Shown: piece after piece, positions 26,646 through 40,969 of the stretch
How the letters are laid out: each line of letters starts with the position of its first letter
How positions within the stretch are numbered: position 1 is the stretch's first letter
Notes under the pieces: generated by a model
Databases searched by the model: none
Told to the model about the DNA's origin: nothing
What the model saw: only the letters and a program-made list of their open reading frames with translations
NCBI GenBank assembly: GCA_951406725.2
Contig: OX597814.1
Span: 58,590,001-58,654,000 of the forward strand
DNA length: 64,000 nt
From: Octopus vulgaris
Lineage: Eukaryota
Reading direction: 5' to 3'
Translations under genes and position numbers: made by a program

Positions 26646-27515
26646 ATGGCTAGCTGTGAGAGATGAGAATGTAAAAGCAGTCTCGATGTCTTCTGCTTAT
26701 TTCTGGATTACGCAGTGAAACAAAATCACAGAATTTGTGAAGAAAGCTTACCTTACTTCCTTACTTTAGCAAGAAACTGGCTGACAAGACAACGACAAAG
26801 CAAAATGCTTCCAGTTTTGTATTTTGAGAAAAATAAAGTTGGAGTGTTTGAGGGGTTACATATTAGGTAACTATCGCAGGACGAGCTATTTTTGTAGACC
26901 ATTCTGGCATTGAAAAAGAAGCATCGAATGCATTTGTTGCGGTTGTATCTGATTTCCTGAGAAACAGGAAGCCATTAAATTATGTAGATCTTGTGCAGAT
27001 CCTTTTAAGCAGTTTTCGAGCACTGGGCTGCAACATGAGTGTAAATGTGCACAGTCGTCTAGACTTCTTCTTGAAAATCCTAGTGATGAGCAAGGGAAAA
27101 GATTTCATCGAGAACATGGGGACAAAGTATCAAGGCAGGTGGAACACCAGCATGGTGCTGTCTACTGCTGATCATTGCAAAGAGACTGTCATGATGGAAT
27201 ATATTCACATAAAGCAACAACGAGAAAGTTCATTCAAACTCTAGTTTGACAGAAATATCTATTTGAAGATGTGTAATTAAACATTTTGTGTAATATATCT
27301 GCTAAACAATAAAATGTACTATTTGGTTTGTGTTAGTTTTTTTATTTCCGTATTGCATTTAATGGCAAAATTGACATTTTTTTGGTAAAAAAAAATGAAT
27401 TCCTGTTTAACAAAAAAACTTGACGTGACAGAAAATTCCTGGGGGCATTTCTGAATCCAACACCATCAAATTGTAAAAAGTAAGACAACTAATTTTTTTT
27501 TAACGTACCCCAGTG
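26646..27515 (+). pseudogene. Internally deleted Chapaev3-like (CMC) DNA transposon: transposase N- and C-termini and right end
   Basis: MAS..C.S..DVFC; ITEFVKKAY..F.KKLAD; then F..VVSDFL.NRK..NYVDLV..LL..FRALGCNMSV; HS.LDFF; SDEQG.RFH; YQGRW...M..YC; ends ..CCCAGTG. Confidence 0.7.
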
Positions 27516-28204
27516 TCATAGAACAAGAATACAATTTCAATAATATTGACATGAAAAACATAAAAAATTCCTGCTTGGTGAAAAATATCGATAAAACAAT
27601 TCGTTAGTTGATCCGGAGCTATAGATGAAGGCATTTGCTCAACAAGCGCGCAGCAGAATTGAACCCAAAACCATAAATGTATAGCAAACTTATTTGCCAC
27701 CTCGTGATTTCTATATATTCATTTGGCTGTTTACATACAACAAAGAAAAGAAGTTTGAAGTCTACCAACGTTATAACGACATATCAGAATAAAGAAACGC
27801 CAAAAATATTCGCCGTTAATTTTTTGCCTTTCCAGATCAGAGTGCAATCCTAAGTAATTCTAATATCCTCTCATAATAACCGTATCTTCACTGCATTAAT
27901 CTCTGACTTTGAAAACACCAGTATTATTCAAAATGATCCCTTATATTTATTTCACTCTGATTACCTTTGCAATTATCCCCTAAAACTCTTGTTTGCTAAG
28001 TGATGAGTTCTATTGGTATTTCTACTTAGCAAAATTATTACAGCAGGAGTTGAAGACAATAGTAGAGAGATATTTCCTCACAATCCCCCATATTGTAAAT
28101 ATTAGCTAAACCCTAGTAATGTCCCCTTATAAACGTTTTTAACGAAGCAGTGGCAATTTCTTCTAACTTTGGAAATATTTAACAGAAATAAATGAAACGG
28201 CTAT

Positions 28205-28260
<56 letters not shown>

Positions 28261-28876
28261 CGTCGTGATTCAGAAAGCTCTATTATTTCAATGATACGGG
28301 TTTATCTTAACATTTTTAACTGTTATTCTACTGTAAATAACGTTTGATACGCTCAAACATGCACACGTACACACATGCATACCCACACGCTCAAACACAC
28401 ACGCATGCACCCATGCAGGCATACCACGTACATACATACACACATACATACACACAAAGACACACACGCATACACACACGCAAAACAAAACTGATATTAT
28501 CAAAAATGGAGAGCTATACGTTGTTCTAAAAGAGGAACAATGTAATGATAAAGTAATTGAATGCAATTGCCATAGGTTTTCTGAGCGGCTGTCAGTATAA
28601 ATATAGTCGTAGAAAGGCTCTCCAGGACTACTTGAGCAGTGGAAGTCAATGAGAAGACCTATTTAGAAATGTTGATTAATGAATGCATTAGGGAGATAAG
28701 TAAGGGCTGCAGTGAGGAAGGAGAAAATGTGGGATGTCGAAATAAAAAGGAGGGCTAAAGAGGTCTAGATGGACATCGCAAAGTCCAACTGACCACAGTT
28801 GTTTGACAGTTGATGCTAATAGTGAATCAACTTATGAATTCATCTGTACGCACACTCACACACACAAAGTTATATA

Positions 28877-29095
28877 CATGGTGGCCCAAAAGTAGGTTTA
28901 CAGTTATTCGACTATCTCTTTTACATTCATATATTAACAGTTTAAAATTTAAAACCATTATTCTATGCTAATTTAGTTAATTTTGTCAAGCTTCCTTTTC
29001 AGTTTGTTAGATAGAAATGTAAATGTAACAAAATGTTTTAAAAGAAACTTAAAGTGCCTACATGATAACTGTAAATCTATTTTGGGGGTAACCTG
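28877..29095. mobile_element. Tc1/mariner-type MITE, about 220 bp
   Basis: TA|CATGGTGGCCCAAAAGTAGGTTTACAGTTAT ... ATAACTGTAAATCTATTTTGGGGGTAACCTG|TA: imperfect TIRs of about 30 bp with TA flanks. Confidence 0.7.
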
Positions 29096-29289
29096 TATAT
29101 TTGCATACACAGACACAGACACACACACACAAACATATATATATATGCATGTACGTATGTATATATATATACACACAATAAATGTGTGTAAAAGCATGCG
29201 TGTGTTTCTGTTCGTGTTTCTTGATATTATGAGAATTCTTCTCCTCTAGATCCCATCTAGCTGAACCTCAGTACCAATAAAACTACTAA

Positions 29290-29497
<208 letters not shown>

Positions 29498-29944
29498 GTT
29501 GCAGCTGCTGCTGCTGTTATTCACTTTTGATGTCTCATCTTTAAAGACAGGAACGAAATTTCCTGTTTCAGTCTATTTTCATTTTGGTTGTAGTGAATGT
29601 TAACAATGCAACTATTCTTTGGATGTATGCCTTAAAGACAAGCTGGGCAATAACACGTGACCTTCACCGTCTTCTTTGAAACAGCTTCTGTAATTTGAAC
29701 TTATCTAAACCATCGGGGTACTTATAGTAAGTGCATTACGATTGATATTGGTTAGATTTCCATTTGATCTCAACATAAGTGGAAATCATGTTATGTTGCA
29801 GGAAAGGAAAGAGCTTATACTGAAAGTGGTGTTTGTGTGTGTGTGAGTGTGTGTGTGTGTCTGTGAGTGTGAATGCGTAAGAGAATGGATTGAATAATAA
29901 TTTTAACCATTTCATTCAGACAAACATTTTCACAATTTCTTAAT

Positions 29945-30540
29945 AGTACGTAGTGGGATCCAGGCTCAGGGGTTTCAGGGTTTTGCAGAGTATAGGGCCA
30001 CTTTTTAGCCACTGTTCTTCACAAGTCTCTTCTTACCCAGTGTAATAGCATCTATAAGAGACTATAACTGAAATTGTCTCCTGAAGAAGGTCAGTCAGAG
30101 ACTCCTCAATGGACCCAACGCAGATGAAGTCTTTCAGCAATATTGCTCCTCATCTATGACAAGGTAACTTCATAAATCCTTGTATTCTGAGCCCGTAGCA
30201 CTTGTTGCACCTGACTAATACAAGGGCGAAAGAGTAGATTTGGCTCTGCCCAAACCATACCCACTATAATAATATTCGTCATACAAGTTGTTCATCTAAC
30301 CTTGAGAATGGTACCAACACCATCACACTTTTTTGAAAAGTCCGGTGGTGATATACAAACAGATGACAGAGATATGTAGAGGATGGTATTGGAAAACTTC
30401 AGCTTCGACTCTGGTGCAGGCAGTCATAGGGTGATGGTCGTTTTCCACAGAGCTAGCTGTAACTTGCTGAATCCTAATTCGGCGAAGAGACGAGGAAGTT
30501 TATGTATATGTCTACTATGAAGTACCATACGCTTTCTATG
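29945..30540 (-). pseudogene. Very decayed Tc1/mariner-like transposase catalytic region
   Basis: Minus-strand traces GMVWAE (VMVWAG-like), QWL..KWP and a possible SP.L.P.(D)Y; order fits the family but heavily mutated. Confidence 0.35.
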
Positions 30541-33500
30541 TACTTCTGCGAAATAGTCACTGACAAAATTTCATGTTGCCTGTTGAAAATTAGGAAATAG
30601 TTAGACGTGTGCTGTGTTCTTTCCTTCTGTGGTTTTCTTCTTTTATTTTCTTATTTGCATTTATGAACTGGAAAATTGTATGCCTTTTCTTTTTATCACG
30701 GTTTGTGGTATAAATCAAATATCTTATTTCTATGGAAGCATTGAACTTGTGACTTTATTATTACCTGAAGAAATAAATCCTTCTTTTAGCGCTTTCCTCC
30801 AATTTTACCTGTCATTCTTTCGTAGCCAATAAAACCATCCGATCCAAGGCGATGAAGATGACTCGTAATTTTTCCGGCTCTTTTTAAATCTGGGTTCAGA
30901 TCAAGTCATTACCTACATGGGTGGTAAACGTAACCCTTCACACGGCTTAATAGCATCACCTGGAACTTCGGATGCCTGTAACGGACTCCACTCTGTTGCA
31001 AACATTTGTGTCAGCTTTTCTGTTTCAGAATGCCTTCCTCCATAATTTTCAATAGTCTCGGAAACTCTGTTACGGATCAGGGGCATTGCCATCCCTCTTA
31101 ACTAAGTGACTGAAAAATTATTTTGCTTTTCATTTCACTTCATACTTTATTTATTGATATATTTATTTATTGCAAATGTTATTTTCAATTGGCGGTAATA
31201 ATTATCACTATTATTGTTTACATAGATGTTTTTTTCTAAAATGAACTGTTGGAAACGTTACATGCAATGTATACATTAAATCTCTTCAAAATATGCCTAT
31301 TTAAAGATGATCGACAGATGTTTAACAACTGCATTTTATATGGATTGCATTACATAGATATAACTTTGGATAAGGTAAAATTAATATGAAATTTAGTATC
31401 AAATGAATTATCCTCCAGATTTTGTCAGCAATCTATAAATCATATATATTATCCACGCTCGTTTCATAGTAATAAAATGTAAATCCCAGAGGATATATAA
31501 ATATATACACGCGTCGGACATATAACGTTTGTTATGAAAGCAAAAATGCAAAAATGACTTCTGAACATTTTTCTAATTAAACATTTTTAACCAAATGGTA
31601 ACCAGAGGTCGAAAGATAATCATGTTCGCTGCAAAAGTCAATGCTGATAGAATCTGGCACAAATGGATCGCTAAATGTCCAAACTGATACTTAAATGAAG
31701 TCCGGTGAAGACATTCACAGGTGTTGCTAGAATTTAATGAATTTTGTTAGACAGGCATTAAGGAAAGAAATCATGAAAGCTTGTAGAGAAACTCCCAGCG
31801 TAACGCACTTTGTCGTCTAGCTAACAATAATTCTATTATTATTAAAATGGCAGAGAAGGTAGAAGTGCTATCGTAATTTTGAAGAAAGTTAAGTATATTT
31901 TGACTTGTGAATAAACTTACTGACACGAATTTTTATGAGGAATTACTTTTCGGTCAAAATCCGAACACAGAAAGGAATTTATGAAATTAATTTAAAAATA
32001 GAAACCATTTATAAAGAGCAATGAGGCTAGAATATTAGTCAGAGCAAAGCACATACATATTTTATGGCTTTGCACATATGAACAAAATGTTTTAAAATTT
32101 TCTCCACTGCTCGCAGTTGGTGACTTGTATGAATATTATACAGCCAAAATTAAGGCGTAGCTGGTGGGCGAGTGGAGGGGTCTTCTACTTCTGGCATCAA
32201 ATGTAATAAAGGCAAAAATGACCGCGTATACTCGGGATGCTTTTGATTTTGATTACAAAATTAACAATTTGTCTTGGTGCCGAAATAGTTTTGAAAACTA
32301 TTCATTGGCATCCACGAATGTTACCTCACTTTCTCCTCAGAACTGAGCAGAATGAAGGGATAGTAAGATGCATGAATATCTTTGCCAAATGATCAAACAA
32401 AAGTATTCAATCTATTTCCGAACACTGAGCCATTTGGAAATGAATAAACTGCTATCATCGTTATCATGTTACGAGAAGTTTCCTATATCCCAAAAGTAAA
32501 TTTCTCACAAAATTAGTTTCATTTTACTTTCTGGTTCTCCACTACATTCTTCAAAATACTATTATTTCGAGTGAGATTATATCGAGTAAAAGGGAAATAG
32601 AAATGGTTCTTGTCAAACTACTAATCCTAATTTCATGAAAACCAAACTGTCCTCTCTTAATTCTTATTTAAAGACGATATGATTCTTTTCTTTGGGCGCA
32701 GTAGTCATCATGAGCGTTAATCGTTTTCTCCATTATCGATGTGAATAGTTGGTGAAAATCGTTGTGGATTCCACTTAACTCACCATATGAGAAAGGAATA
32801 ATATAATGAGATTTGGATTTTGAAGCTGTATTTAATTGATCATGAAATTTATCTCGGAACAACAGTTCTCGCTTTAGATTAGTAACTATTTACTATGTTA
32901 TACACAAATATTAAATCAGAAGTCACTGCATGCGCATAATACACATATACATGCACACAGAGGCTCTAGAGTACACATGTGCACAGATATACACATATAG
33001 ATGAGAAATTACATCAATACAAATGAGGTACAACTACTAATTTGTATTTAATGGACAAAGAGACCATAGATATACTGAATGGTTAGCATTCACTTTCGAT
33101 GGGCTACGATACTTTCTGCTTTTGCTTTAACTCTTTCTCTCTCGCTCTCACTCTCACTCTTCCCTCTGTCACTCAATCTTTCTCCTATCACTCCCCTCTC
33201 TCCCCTCTCTACACCCACTCTCTCCTCTGTCTCTCCCCCCTCTCTCTCTATCTCATGCACACATATGAGTATAGACATACACACATATACTGCGACAGAC
33301 ACTTATAATTCATAGTTATAATTCTTCTTATTTTCTCTCATAGTCGTTTATAAAACCTAAAATGATATATATAAGATAGGAAAGGCAGATATCATTGAAC
33401 ATATTACGTGAGAGTATATGTAGTATGAATATTACTGAAAAGTTCGTAGTCACTCAATAGTCTGTATTTGGCTGTCATCCTTATATGTTATATGATATAT

Positions 33501-33755
33501 GACATATATCTCTATATGTGTGTCTGCATGCGTGGAATTTCTTAGAGCAGTAGAATAATCCTTAACACTAGGTGTGAAACAATGCAATTAGTTTCATTTT
33601 ATTTCAAATGAATTCTCGTATATTAACATCTGTACTAAAAGGGCATATATACATGTGTACATACATTCATATATGTCTATATATGCAAGTGTATGTATAC
33701 GTATGGATGTATGTATCTTTCTCTTCCGCTCCTTCTCTTTCGTTCTATAAACATC

Positions 33756-33803
<48 letters not shown>

Positions 33804-34419
33804 TATTAGTCATCTATACAGGCTATCTTTTGAAATGCACAAAAACTATTGGTCAAATGGTGAAGCTGTGATAAATTATACTTGACGGAGATGTTGTCTT
33901 GTGCATGAAAATCTGGACCCGATGTGATACTAAAGCTACACTCGTTAAAACTCAATTTAGCCCCCTCCTCTGAATTAAGTTTCTTTATCTCCAAATGTTA
34001 TATTGATTTTTATCTACAACGTCTTTATTTATAAGAATAGTTATGAATTTATTATTTCCTGCCTGTTCTGTTGTTTACGTATCTATGCCTTCCTACATTT
34101 TCTCTTAAGACTCAAAATGGCATACACAAATGTGCAGTTTCTCTGTGATGTAGCCACTGACGATGCAGACAAGTCCTCAACGGGTTAAAAGCTTCCAAAT
34201 ATATCAGCTGTTCTCTTAAAATGTGTTCACTCAGTTGACGGAGCAAGACTAACGTTTATTGCTAGGAAACTAAGCCGACGTTTCCCCCTTGATATTGCTG
34301 TCATCGCTATATGTTGTTTTCGTATTATTGTTTATCATTGAGGCTACCGATTATTACTCTACTGAAGTATTTCATCACGCCAGCTACTACAAATAATCCC
34401 TTCATTATAATAGCATGGA

Positions 34420-34830
34420 GATAAACCGCATCATTGAGTTTCTAGGGACAATTGGTAATCAGGATGGTCTTTAAAATAGAATTTCTATGCGTGCTTGTAA
34501 GCAATAATTTACAAAGTCATTCAATTTCTTTTCTTTGATGAAAAGTATCAGCTTTCTGACCAACGCAAAGCTTTTATAATTGTTGCAAAGCTTTTATAAT
34601 GCCTTAGTTAAAGGAGTGAATTACAGATATAATGATGATGGAAGAAACATCAGTTTGGGTTGTTTGATATTAGCAACTGCTGAGAGATTAGTTGCATTAT
34701 CAAAACATAATGCAACTGTTTTTCTCTTCCAACTCATCTCTTTGTAAAATCTTCGGCTTAAAACGGTAAATAGCTTTAGTTTTTTCAGTTGGTCACTGAA
34801 TATCGGTTCGGTCAGAGGCAATAGGATTTG
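34420..34830 (-). pseudogene. pogo/Tigger DDE_1 transposase remnant
   Basis: RRFYKEM..KRKTVALCFDNA....NIK..KLMFLP followed by P.(DQ)GIIKA. Confidence 0.55.
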
Positions 34831-35151
34831 ATACTTTGATTATTACGAACTCGAATTTGATATTTTGTAGGGTCAAAACAATCATTTTTGCACATTTTGA
34901 ACCACATTGCACATAAACCGTTAAGAAAAAAAGACAGAAGCTTAGAAATTAAGTTCTTCGAATAAAGTAAAAATAAATCATTACATTTGGCAACATTTTG
35001 TTACTTCGGTTGACACTAATTTAATTTAAGATTAGAAAAGCTGGTGGAGCGATTAAATAAAAAATTATTACGTGATTTAATACATGAATTTAGAGAAAGA
35101 GAGAATTAGGACTTTCTAACATATACACATGTATCTGAGAAAATCTTTATA

Positions 35152-35991
35152 CAGGGTGTTCCAAAAATCACTGATGGATTTCAATTTCTAATAACTTCCT
35201 CAGCTTTACAAATAAATGCATGAAATTTTGATACAATATAAAGGACATAACAGCAATTAATATGCACAAGTCTCATTTTGCAACACAACTACATCACATG
35301 AAAAATTACGTCGCTTAAATGGCAGCTATTTTCGCCTTCGCACGTCCATGATCTTTCCAAAACTTGCATCATAACACTCTCAAGAGTTTCGACTCCACTT
35401 CTCTGATTTCTTTATAGATGTTCTATTTCTGTTGTACTAGAGTCTCGGGTTTGTTGACGTAAACCTTATCTTTCAGGTATCCATGATTGACACCTCTTTG
35501 GGCCCGGCCAATCAGAGTAGACCTCACACATGGTTCCATCAAGATGGGGCAACAACTCAATATGCAAGAGAATAATGCAGTTGCTATGGCAGTGCTTTGG
35601 AGAGAGAGAATAATCTTCCACTGCGCCAATGTCAACTTGCCTTCACGTTCCTCAGACTTGAGTAGCCCGTATATTTTCTTGTGGGGGTACCTGAAAGAGA
35701 GAGTCTACGTCAATAAACCGGAGACGCTGGTGCAACTAAAGGAGAACATCAATAGAGAAATCAGAGAAGTGGGGTCTGAATCTCTTGAGGGTGTTATAGT
35801 GCAAGTCGAAAATGGCTGCAACATAAAAGATGTTATTTTTCATATATGATGTCGTGGTGTTGCAAACTTTGACTTGTGTATATTAATTTCCATTATGTCC
35901 TTTATATTGTATCAACATTTTATGCATTTATTTGTAAAGTTAATGGAGTTATTAAAAATTGAAACCCATCAGTTACTTTTGGGACACCCTG
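35152..35991. mobile_element. Palindromic non-autonomous Tc1/mariner derivative built from two 3' ends, with TA target-site duplication
   Basis: TA|CAGGGTGTTCCAAAAATCACTGATGG ... CCATCAGTTACTTTTGGGACACCCTG|TA; arms of about 310-330 bp both contain GYLK(D/E).VYVNKPETLVQ.KENI; the centre holds WFHQDGAT..P.RS.DLS..(D).FLWG. Confidence 0.9.
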
Positions 35992-37067
35992 TATATAGAA
36001 TTGCAATATGTAACCGGAATAGATTGTTTAACTTGCATGGCTTTAAATACTTTAACAATTCTGCTACTTCTGTTTCAGATTTGCATCTTGAAGTCGTATT
36101 TATTCCCCACACACCTGGATCTACGATCATTTGCTAATTTTATAACTTTCATTTCTAAATTGGGTTATAAAACCGCATTTTAAATAATTTTCTTTCTTTT
36201 GCCTTTAATGTTATGCAGAGCACATGCATCCTCAAACTGCTCATGCTGATTTTAACTATCATTTCTATCGCTTCTTTATTAATGAAATTATATGCATTGA
36301 GGTAACTTTACAAGGTGTGAAGATATTGTGGGAAAGAAGCAGTGCATCTGTAGAGTTGTATATCTTTTGCAAGCTTCTAGCTTTATTGGATGATCCTGCC
36401 TCGAATTAATCGTTCTATTTCCTGCTCAGCTTTCAAAAAGCTCGAACGTGTCAGGCTTTCATTTCACCGATTTTCCACTCCCGCATTTTCCCCTTTCAGT
36501 ACTAATAACGTCAAGCTTTAAATATAGTGTTTGGTTGCAAGCAATTTTAAGCAATATTTGTGTTAACATTTGCTCAGATAATATTCTTTCTCTTCATATT
36601 TTCTCCTTCCTTTTCTTTGTTTCACTTTTTCTCTTAACCTCCCCCCAAACGTTATCCCTTTCTTTTCTCTTTATCTTTTTTTGAATTCATATTTCGAGTT
36701 CCACTTTTCTCCTACCTTTTCCCCTTTTCTGTTCCCTTTCATCTTTACATGGGATTAATAATTATTTCTATAAATATTTGCGTTCCATATCCAATAATCT
36801 GCTCCATTAACCTTCATAATTTCATCAGATATTTTATGTCTTGATTTTGTCTTTATTATTTGCTGTATCATTTATATACTTACACATACTTACACATTTA
36901 GATGTATGGATATATACGTGTACACAAGTACACAGACACACATACACGCACATACAAACACACACACACATACACATAAACGTATAAAGGCACACACAAA
37001 AGTATGTATATTGTTGTGTATATATGTGTTTCCGTATGTATATGTTTATATAGTATATGTGTATATA

Positions 37068-37166
<99 letters not shown>

Positions 37167-37349
37167 CATACATATATATATTAATGTAAGGACATCTGAT
37201 TACTAACTATAAATTAAAGCTTCATCCAAATATGTTTTTAATGCCCATAAGCAAGTGAACCTCGTGTAATGGTGAACAAATAATGCCATGAATACTTATT
37301 CAATCATCTGATTTTCATATACATACATACATATATATAGGAAAATATA

Positions 37350-37850
37350 ATGAAAATAGACGGGAGATATGCCCGGATATTGGTAAGTGCTACGGACAGA
37401 TTATAGTTAAGCTCTAGATTTAAGGATTATGCGAATGAGGAGGTCAACGTAGGTCATATATCAGCAGGGATATTGCTGACAACATGAATTAGGTTGAACT
37501 CCCCATTCGCATAATCTTAACTATGGTCTGTCCATAGCAATATTCCTGCATATCTCACGTCTGTTTTCATCCTCCACTTTACTCTCTATTTTATATCTTA
37601 TCTAGAATAACTATTGCTTAACCATTTTCTAACACCGTCTCCAATGAAGGGATATATAAAATATCCCGTAAACAGTTGTAATACCTATTTATAAATGTTC
37701 TGAAATATTTCACAGCCTTGGATTTTTATCTCATTCTGAAATTATATTTTATATATATACATGCTGATATATGACCTACGTTGGACCCCTCATTTGCATA
37801 ATCACCGAATCTGGTGCTTAACTATAGTCTGTCCATAGCACTTAATCAAC
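37350..37850. mobile_element. PLE pseudo-LTR-like remnant: one inverted and two direct partial copies plus a degenerate hammerhead (37636-37685, plus strand)
   Basis: 37375-37468 is the reverse complement of 37762-37850 and partly of 37490-37572; GTCT CCAATGA AGGGATAT-ataaa-ATATCCC GTAAAC-agtt-GTA ATAC. Confidence 0.6.
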
Positions 37851-38192
37851 ATTACCTGACACCTTTGGATCTTATTGACACCATTGTGTCTCATAACCTA
37901 TATATATGTGTCTGTGTGTGTGCGTTTGTGTGTGTGTGTGTGCGTGTGTATGTGTGTGTGTGTGTGATTGTGTGTCTGTGTGTAGAGTCACAATTTAAAC
38001 CTCTTATACGGATATTTTATCCAAGATACACTAGTTTAATATGTTATATTTTCAAGTGATATTTCTTCAATGAATATATTATATAAAATATAGTGGAATA
38101 GCAAACATTGTTATCTCTCTCTGCTTTCTAACTCGATAACAATGTTTCATATTTTATTATATGCATATATATATATGTGTGTGTGTGTGTGT

Positions 38193-38244
<52 letters not shown>

Positions 38245-40085
38245 GTTTGTGTGTGTGCGTATGTTTCTTATGCATTCCAAAACCGAGTTGCCGATTTTGA
38301 CGTAAGGGATATCAACAGATTCAGGTAAGCTTTTGGCTACCAACTGAATTATATTTGTATCCATATATTTGCATTACAGAAAATTAACTTTATTATTCTT
38401 CTTTTATTCACCTATCGTAAGCGACATTTTATATCACAACCACAACGACGATGACGTTGTATTTTCTATATGAGTGTGTTCGCACGTTCGTTACCTACGT
38501 TAAGCCAATGATTGACAAGTATCTATGAGTGACAGTACATGTGTCTGTCAGCATGCATACATTTTTGTGACGACTAACACACATACACACACACATCTAA
38601 AGACAGAGACAGACACACACAGAGACAGAAATACGTTAATTTATGTGTGTGTGTGTGTGTGTGTGTGTGTCTTGGTGTATTGATGTAACTTCCCCCCACG
38701 CAACAGTGAAACGCGCCGATATTCAAAGTTTAATTCCGGCCTGGACTGACTTCGAACAAACAACAACGTTCATATTCAAGTACTACCAACATGAAGATTT
38801 GGCTGATTTAATACTACTTTCAATGCTAGAAAATATATCTGAAAAAATATAATTATTCTGGTTATTATATCAAATTTGGAAACTTGGCCCCAGGGGCTCT
38901 TTCATTATAATAACAGAAATATTATTCCACTCCTTTAAACAGTTACAAGATAATGATTTTTAAAAGTCCTTGTATTCTTCATCATTGTGAGTATCAACGC
39001 CGCACAACTTTTTTACTGTGTTTGTATTCATTCTACAGCCTATAACGTTGCACAGTTAAAAATATAAAGTAATGTCAAATTAATTTATATGTTTTTACAT
39101 ACATCTATCAGCAAATATTTTAAGTTGACGTTCACAACAACAGCATCTTCCTTTTTATACACTTGGTTCAGCGTTCGTTTCAAAATTGTAAAATATATTA
39201 TTTTTGTATGAAAAATTGAATTATGCCTTCTGAATTTTATTGGATTTTCACTTTCTTCATCGTGACATTCATTCAGTCGGGTTCAATCGTGTTCCAAATA
39301 AATGTTGACTTTCTGTATTTTCTTACATTTGTGACGCATACTAAGTTTTGCTAAATTGGTGAGTTTCTATATTTTATAGTATAATTATGCTACAGAAAGT
39401 ATATTTTGCGCCTATATTGACTACACTTCGTTTCGCTTGAACTTCGTGTGTGTACGTTTTGCTGTTTTCAATATTATCAATTTTATGAGTGTGTGTGTTT
39501 CTGCTTTCGTTACGCCTATAGTAAACTACAGTAAAGAACATTTTAAGCTGTTTTAATGAGCACGCATCTAATGAAGTAGGTTGGTGATCTCTTTGAAAAT
39601 TATGATATTCTCATTCGTGTTCAAGGTAAACTTAAACGTGTTTCACAGAATCATCCCCCTTTTTTCAATTGTGTAATTTGTGTTTGTAATGAGCGTATTT
39701 AAAAACCTAATCTTCGATATAAAGTTAAAAGGAAGTTTTCCCTGAAATCCTGTCCTTTACCTCTCCTTTCTAGCATGTCCGAGCTGACATTTCCGTCCAC
39801 CACCCCGTATTTTTTCCCCTACTTTTCTTCCAATTTCAATGTTTACGATACAAGAGATTAGGATTTCACTCACAAAACACTTTCTCAATATTTTAATTTT
39901 CTCCCTCTGCACACCAAATTCATATTTTACTGGTTTCAAATTTTTACTCTTGGTAATCCAAGGAGAAAAAACAGAATTCGAATCTTTAAGAATTTTATCC
40001 ATCACCTCACCACTTTCAAAAAGCTACACATTCTTAATGTTTCACTTTTAGCTTTTTGGATAGCAGGCAAGTTTCTTAAGAAATG

Positions 40086-40566
40086 ATGTCGTTTACCTGT
40101 TGTTTCTAGCATGTCGGGTTTTCTGGAAGTGGTCTGCTATTTTTAAAGTCTACTATTCTAGTATAATTCTACCCATGTGGGAAACATCTGAAAAAAGTGA
40201 AAAATTAGTAGATGTTAGCCTTTTGAAAGCTGGTAGGTGATGGGTGTGGGAGATGGGGGAAGAGGCATTGAGTGTTTCTTTAAGAAAAAATAAACTACTA
40301 AAATATGTATTTCCCAGGAACTTACGAATCTGGGAAATATATATATATTTTAATAGTTTATTTTTTCTTAAAGAAACACACAATGCCTCTTCCCGCAGCT
40401 CCCCCACCCATCACCTACCAGCTTTCAAAAAGCTAAAATCTACTAATTTTTCACTTTTGTCAGATGTTTCCCACATGGGTAGAATTATACTGGAATAGTA
40501 GACTTTAAAAATACCAGACCACTTCCAGAAAAACTCGACATGCTAGAAATAACAGGTAAACGACAT
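40086..40566. repeat. Long near-perfect inverted repeat (about 235-bp arms, about 10-bp spacer); unclassified fold-back element
   Basis: ATGTCGTTTACCTGTTGTTTCTAGCATGTCG ... CGACATGCTAGAAATAACAGGTAAACGACAT; the mirror ORFs 40153-40407 (minus) and 40244-40498 (plus) translate almost identically. Confidence 0.95.
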
Positions 40567-40829
40567 GCGGTGGAGATAAGAGAAAATTAAAATTTTGAAA
40601 ATATGATTTCTGGACAAAATTTTATTAACCCCCTTTCATATGATGAAAGAATACATAGTTTCTGATACTTCTTAAGAACAGAGAGCATTTTCATATAAAA
40701 CCATGCAAGTTGTACCCTCACCCCAGTATTAAACAAAAAAAACTTTCATTATTCCATTAACTATATACCAGCTGTGCCGATTCTGCCCATAAGAAAAGAG
40801 CAAATAATACAATGTGCTTGTAGGTGTGC

Positions 40830-40969
<140 letters not shown>

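Noticed and set aside
32150-32870. Possible hAT remnant (GGCGTAGCT end, DDYCAQRK C-terminus)
   Set aside because: Similarity is too weak to support by eye.
40153-40498. Pair of similar 84-aa ORFs on opposite strands
   Set aside because: They are a consequence of the palindrome and show no recognisable domain.
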